28,058 bases of DNA, from positions 1-28,058 of the IMG/VR virus record IMGVR_UViG_3300015360_000159. One strand, 5' to 3'. Both the position numbers and the translations under genes were made by a program. Under the pieces are notes generated by a model, which saw nothing but the letters and a program-made list of their open reading frames with translations, searched no databases and was not told the DNA's origin. Within the stretch, counting starts at the first letter, position 1, and each line of letters begins with the position of its first letter. Below, one piece after another: positions 25,763 through 28,058 of the stretch. This DNA is from a virus. Lineage: Duplodnaviria > Caudoviricetes.

Positions 25763-26415
25763 TGAGTCTCCGGGATCTCCTCGATAAGCCCAACGAAGTC
25801 ACCGAAGCGGAAGATTTCTTGAGCGTTCGGCAGCGAGGCCAGGGCTATCGGTCGCTGAACACCGATTAGGCTCATGTCCTTTTGATAAAGTTTTTCCGCG
25901 GTCGCGCCGGCTTGGATTTTCTTGAGTGCGCCAAAACGTGCGTTCGCGGTTCCCAGCTGCCCTCTGCTCGGCAGGGTTTTGTCGAAAACTATAATAGCCC
26001 CGCCCGGCCTAGCAAGAGTCCGAAGGCGTTGCAAAAGTGGCACGCGTGCCGATACCGGGATGAACATTAGGCTCAAAAACAGGATGGCTACATCGAATTG
26101 CGCGTATTCGAATCTCTGAGCGTCGGCGACTTCAAAGTCGCCATAGCCGCGAAAGTTGGCGAGCATCTCTGCGCTAGGGTCAATTGAGACCGCCCTAGCG
26201 TTCTGCGCCTCAAGCGTGCTCCGTAGCGCGCGTGTAATGTTTCCGGTTGACGCCCCAATGTCATAGACCAGTCCGCGTTCGGGAATGTAGTGAGCGGCAA
26301 TGTGCGAACAGAACTCGGTAGCGAGGTCATACCAGGGCAGCTGTTCGCGCACGTGCTCATCAAACCCGGCAGCGACCTCCGCGGTCTTGAACGTCCAATG
26401 CTGCGGGATCTTCAA
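25759..26415 (-). CDS. CmoA-like SAM-dependent protein (carboxy-S-adenosylmethionine synthase family)
   Basis: Collinear with CmoA as I recall it: WTF...VA..F..H....LPWY, 'VYDIGASTG', 'IDPSAEM', 'LSLMFI', 'PGGAIIVFDK', 'K...G.....I/L.QK..L..V'. Confidence 0.8.
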   Translation of the reverse strand: MKIPQHWTFKTAEVAAGFDEHVREQLPWYDLATEFCSHIAAHYIPERGLVYDIGASTGNITRALRSTLEAQNARAVSIDPSAEMLANFRGYGDFEVADAQRFEYAQFDVAILFLSLMFIPVSARVPLLQRLRTLARPGGAIIVFDKTLPSRGQLGTANARFGALKKIQAGATAEKLYQKDMSLIGVQRPIALASLPNAQEIFRFGDFVGLIEEIPETQ

Positions 26416-27440
26416 CGCAAGACCTCGTCGCGCAAGGTCTCAGCTACGGCCCGCATCATAAGCGGCGGCACGGCTCGGCCAAGTCGCTCGAATTGTTTTT
26501 CGTAACTGCCGAGCAGCACGAAATCGTCAGGGAATCCGCAGATTCGCTTAACCTCCGGGATCGTTGGCTTCCGATAAAGCTGACTGCCTTCAAGCCTGAT
26601 GCCGAAGTCTTTAGCGAGCGTCGTAATTGTCCCGCTTGGCGCGTTCGCGTTGATTAGGCACATATGGAAGCCCGTCAGGTTCCTCTGCCGCCAGCCGGGG
26701 ATTAGCTTATATGGCTCCTCCGGCGGCGGTAGACTCGCGAGCGCCTCGCCTACCGTATACTGATAAGGTCTAGGCTTCGGGTGTACCGGTTCGATGTTTA
26801 GATCGTTCCTGACCCCGACGAATATCGTGCGCTTCCGCGTTTGGGGCACCCCGAGCCACTGAGCCTCAAGAACCTTACAGGTTACGCGATAGCCGCAGCC
26901 TTTGAGGCGTTTAAGTATCTCAAAGAAGTAACCCTTAGCGGCGCCCTTTATCAAGCCAGCGACGTTCTCGGCTACAAATGCTCGGGGCTGAAGCCCTTCG
27001 AGAATTCGTGTGAATTCGAAAAACAGATCGTCAACGCGCTGCTCGGTCCCGGAATAGGCCTTGACCTTGCCCCAGCCGTCTTCCCGTATCTTTGATAGCG
27101 AAGAAAAGGCCGAGCAGGGCGGGGATCCGTCCAAAACGTCAAGCTCGCCAACCTTGAGCGATGTCGAGTTTAGAATGTCGTCCGCCGTGACCTCGCGCAC
27201 GTCGCGCGCGTCTAAAATTGTAGATGGGGAGCAGTTGGCTAAGTAGCAGGCCCGTGCTGCGGGGATAAACTCATTAGCCCACAAGACTTTGAACCCTGCC
27301 ATTCGGTAGCCGGTAGAGCTTCCTCCGCAGCCCGCGAACAGGCTGACGACCTTGCGCCCGTTCCAGGGCAGAGCAACGATCTCGGACATCAGAGGAACGC
27401 GGTATGGCTGCTTGGCTACGGCCCGGGCGGCCAACCTCAC
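26412..27440 (-). CDS. DNA cytosine-C5 methyltransferase homolog, candidate carboxymethyltransferase
   Basis: Motif I FAGCGG, IV GSPPC, VI ENV, VIII QTRKRTIFVG, IX EVKRICGFPD, and an atypical motif X GRAVPP. Confidence 0.93.
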   Translation of the reverse strand: MRLAARAVAKQPYRVPLMSEIVALPWNGRKVVSLFAGCGGSSTGYRMAGFKVLWANEFIPAARACYLANCSPSTILDARDVREVTADDILNSTSLKVGELDVLDGSPPCSAFSSLSKIREDGWGKVKAYSGTEQRVDDLFFEFTRILEGLQPRAFVAENVAGLIKGAAKGYFFEILKRLKGCGYRVTCKVLEAQWLGVPQTRKRTIFVGVRNDLNIEPVHPKPRPYQYTVGEALASLPPPEEPYKLIPGWRQRNLTGFHMCLINANAPSGTITTLAKDFGIRLEGSQLYRKPTIPEVKRICGFPDDFVLLGSYEKQFERLGRAVPPLMMRAVAETLRDEVLR

Positions 27441-27979
27441 TTGCTAGCGCTCCAGGCGTAGCCACACTTCGGGCAGGCGCAGTTGGTGGGCAAGTCCTCA
27501 TCTGCTTCTTTGAAATCATCCGGAGGCGTAGCGCTAGCGAAGTCTTCGCCGAGTTTGTCTAAGTCCTTCTGAGACCAGCCGGCCAGCTCGATGTCCTCAA
27601 AGCTAAAGGCGCTCATCACCTCCGCGAGAAGCTCCGAGTCCCACTCGGCTGCCTCGCCAACGCGATTATCCGCAAGCGCCATCAGGTGAGCCTCGGCGGG
27701 GTCAAGATCCATGTACCGCACGGGCACCTGGGTCAGCCCCAAGATCTGCGCAGCCTTCAAGCGGGTGTGGCCTGCGATGATCTCACCATCAGCCTTGCGG
27801 GCAATAATGGGAGAACCGAAGCCGAAGCGCTTAATCAGGGGTGCTAGCTTCTGGGCCGCAACGTCGTTTTTGCGAGGGTTGCTCGCCCAGACTTTTAGCT
27901 GGTCGACGTCAACCCAGACAGCTGCGACCTCTTCTGGCGCGCGTGTGTGCGATTTCGATAGCTTGGTATCAGCACCCAC
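27437..27979 (-). CDS. ParB/Srx N-terminal domain protein with C-terminal Zn-ribbon-like motif
   Basis: 'NPRKND...IKRFGFGSPII...IIAGHTRLKAA..LG...VPV...LADNRVGE.AEWD' and C-terminal CACPKCG. Confidence 0.88.
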   Translation of the reverse strand: MGADTKLSKSHTRAPEEVAAVWVDVDQLKVWASNPRKNDVAAQKLAPLIKRFGFGSPIIARKADGEIIAGHTRLKAAQILGLTQVPVRYMDLDPAEAHLMALADNRVGEAAEWDSELLAEVMSAFSFEDIELAGWSQKDLDKLGEDFASATPPDDFKEADEDLPTNCACPKCGYAWSASK

Positions 27980-28058
27980 AATGATCGCCTTTTGCTGAAC
28001 TACAATTCCCTACACGTTTGAACATCTTGGTCATGACTGCTTCCCTGCGCGTCAATGA

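Larger units (their letters stand above)
1..28058 (-). mobile_element. Tailed phage or prophage late operon (myovirus type, Mu-like contractile tail), partial
   Basis: Co-oriented series of terminase, portal, scaffold, capsid, neck, sheath, tube, tape measure, baseplate and fibre-like genes. No attachment site or integrase is visible, so free phage versus prophage cannot be decided. Confidence 0.95.

Noticed and set aside
26412-27440. Type II restriction-modification system
   Set aside because: No endonuclease-like neighbour is present; the flanking genes are ParB-like and CmoA-like.
4-27998. Numerous plus-strand ORFs in the track (for example 10766..11545, 14138..14860, 20906..21703)
   Set aside because: All are antisense shadows of well-supported minus-strand genes in GC-rich DNA, with no recognisable motifs.
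27980-28058. Sigma70-like promoter (TTGACG near the right edge, minus strand)
   Set aside because: No convincing -10 hexamer at 16-18 nt spacing, and the upstream context is cut off.

Overview
The whole window is the packaging and morphogenesis (late) operon of a GC-rich tailed phage or prophage with a Mu-like contractile tail. About 33 genes lie on the minus strand, tightly coupled. In transcription order (right to left) they are: a ParB-like/Zn-ribbon protein, a C5-cytosine DNA methyltransferase homolog, a CmoA (carboxy-SAM synthase)-like protein, small and large terminase, portal, a virion protein, scaffold, major capsid, a decoration-like protein, head-tail/neck genes (with an embedded P-loop kinase-like gene), sheath, tube, chaperone, tape measure, Mu gpN/P/Q/46/47/48-like baseplate genes, and receptor-binding or accessory proteins (Asp-box propeller, LamG truncated at the left edge). 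The most notable feature is the cassette coupled upstream of the small terminase. Its C5-MTase has motif X 'GRAVPP' instead of the usual 'GNAVPP/GNS', the position whose Asn-to-basic change lets C5-MTases use carboxy-SAM, and it sits next to a CmoA-like gene. This points to a phage DNA carboxymethylation (5cxmC-type) system. No integrase, lysis, RNA gene or CRISPR array is visible. Product calls come from motif recognition and synteny, not database searches.
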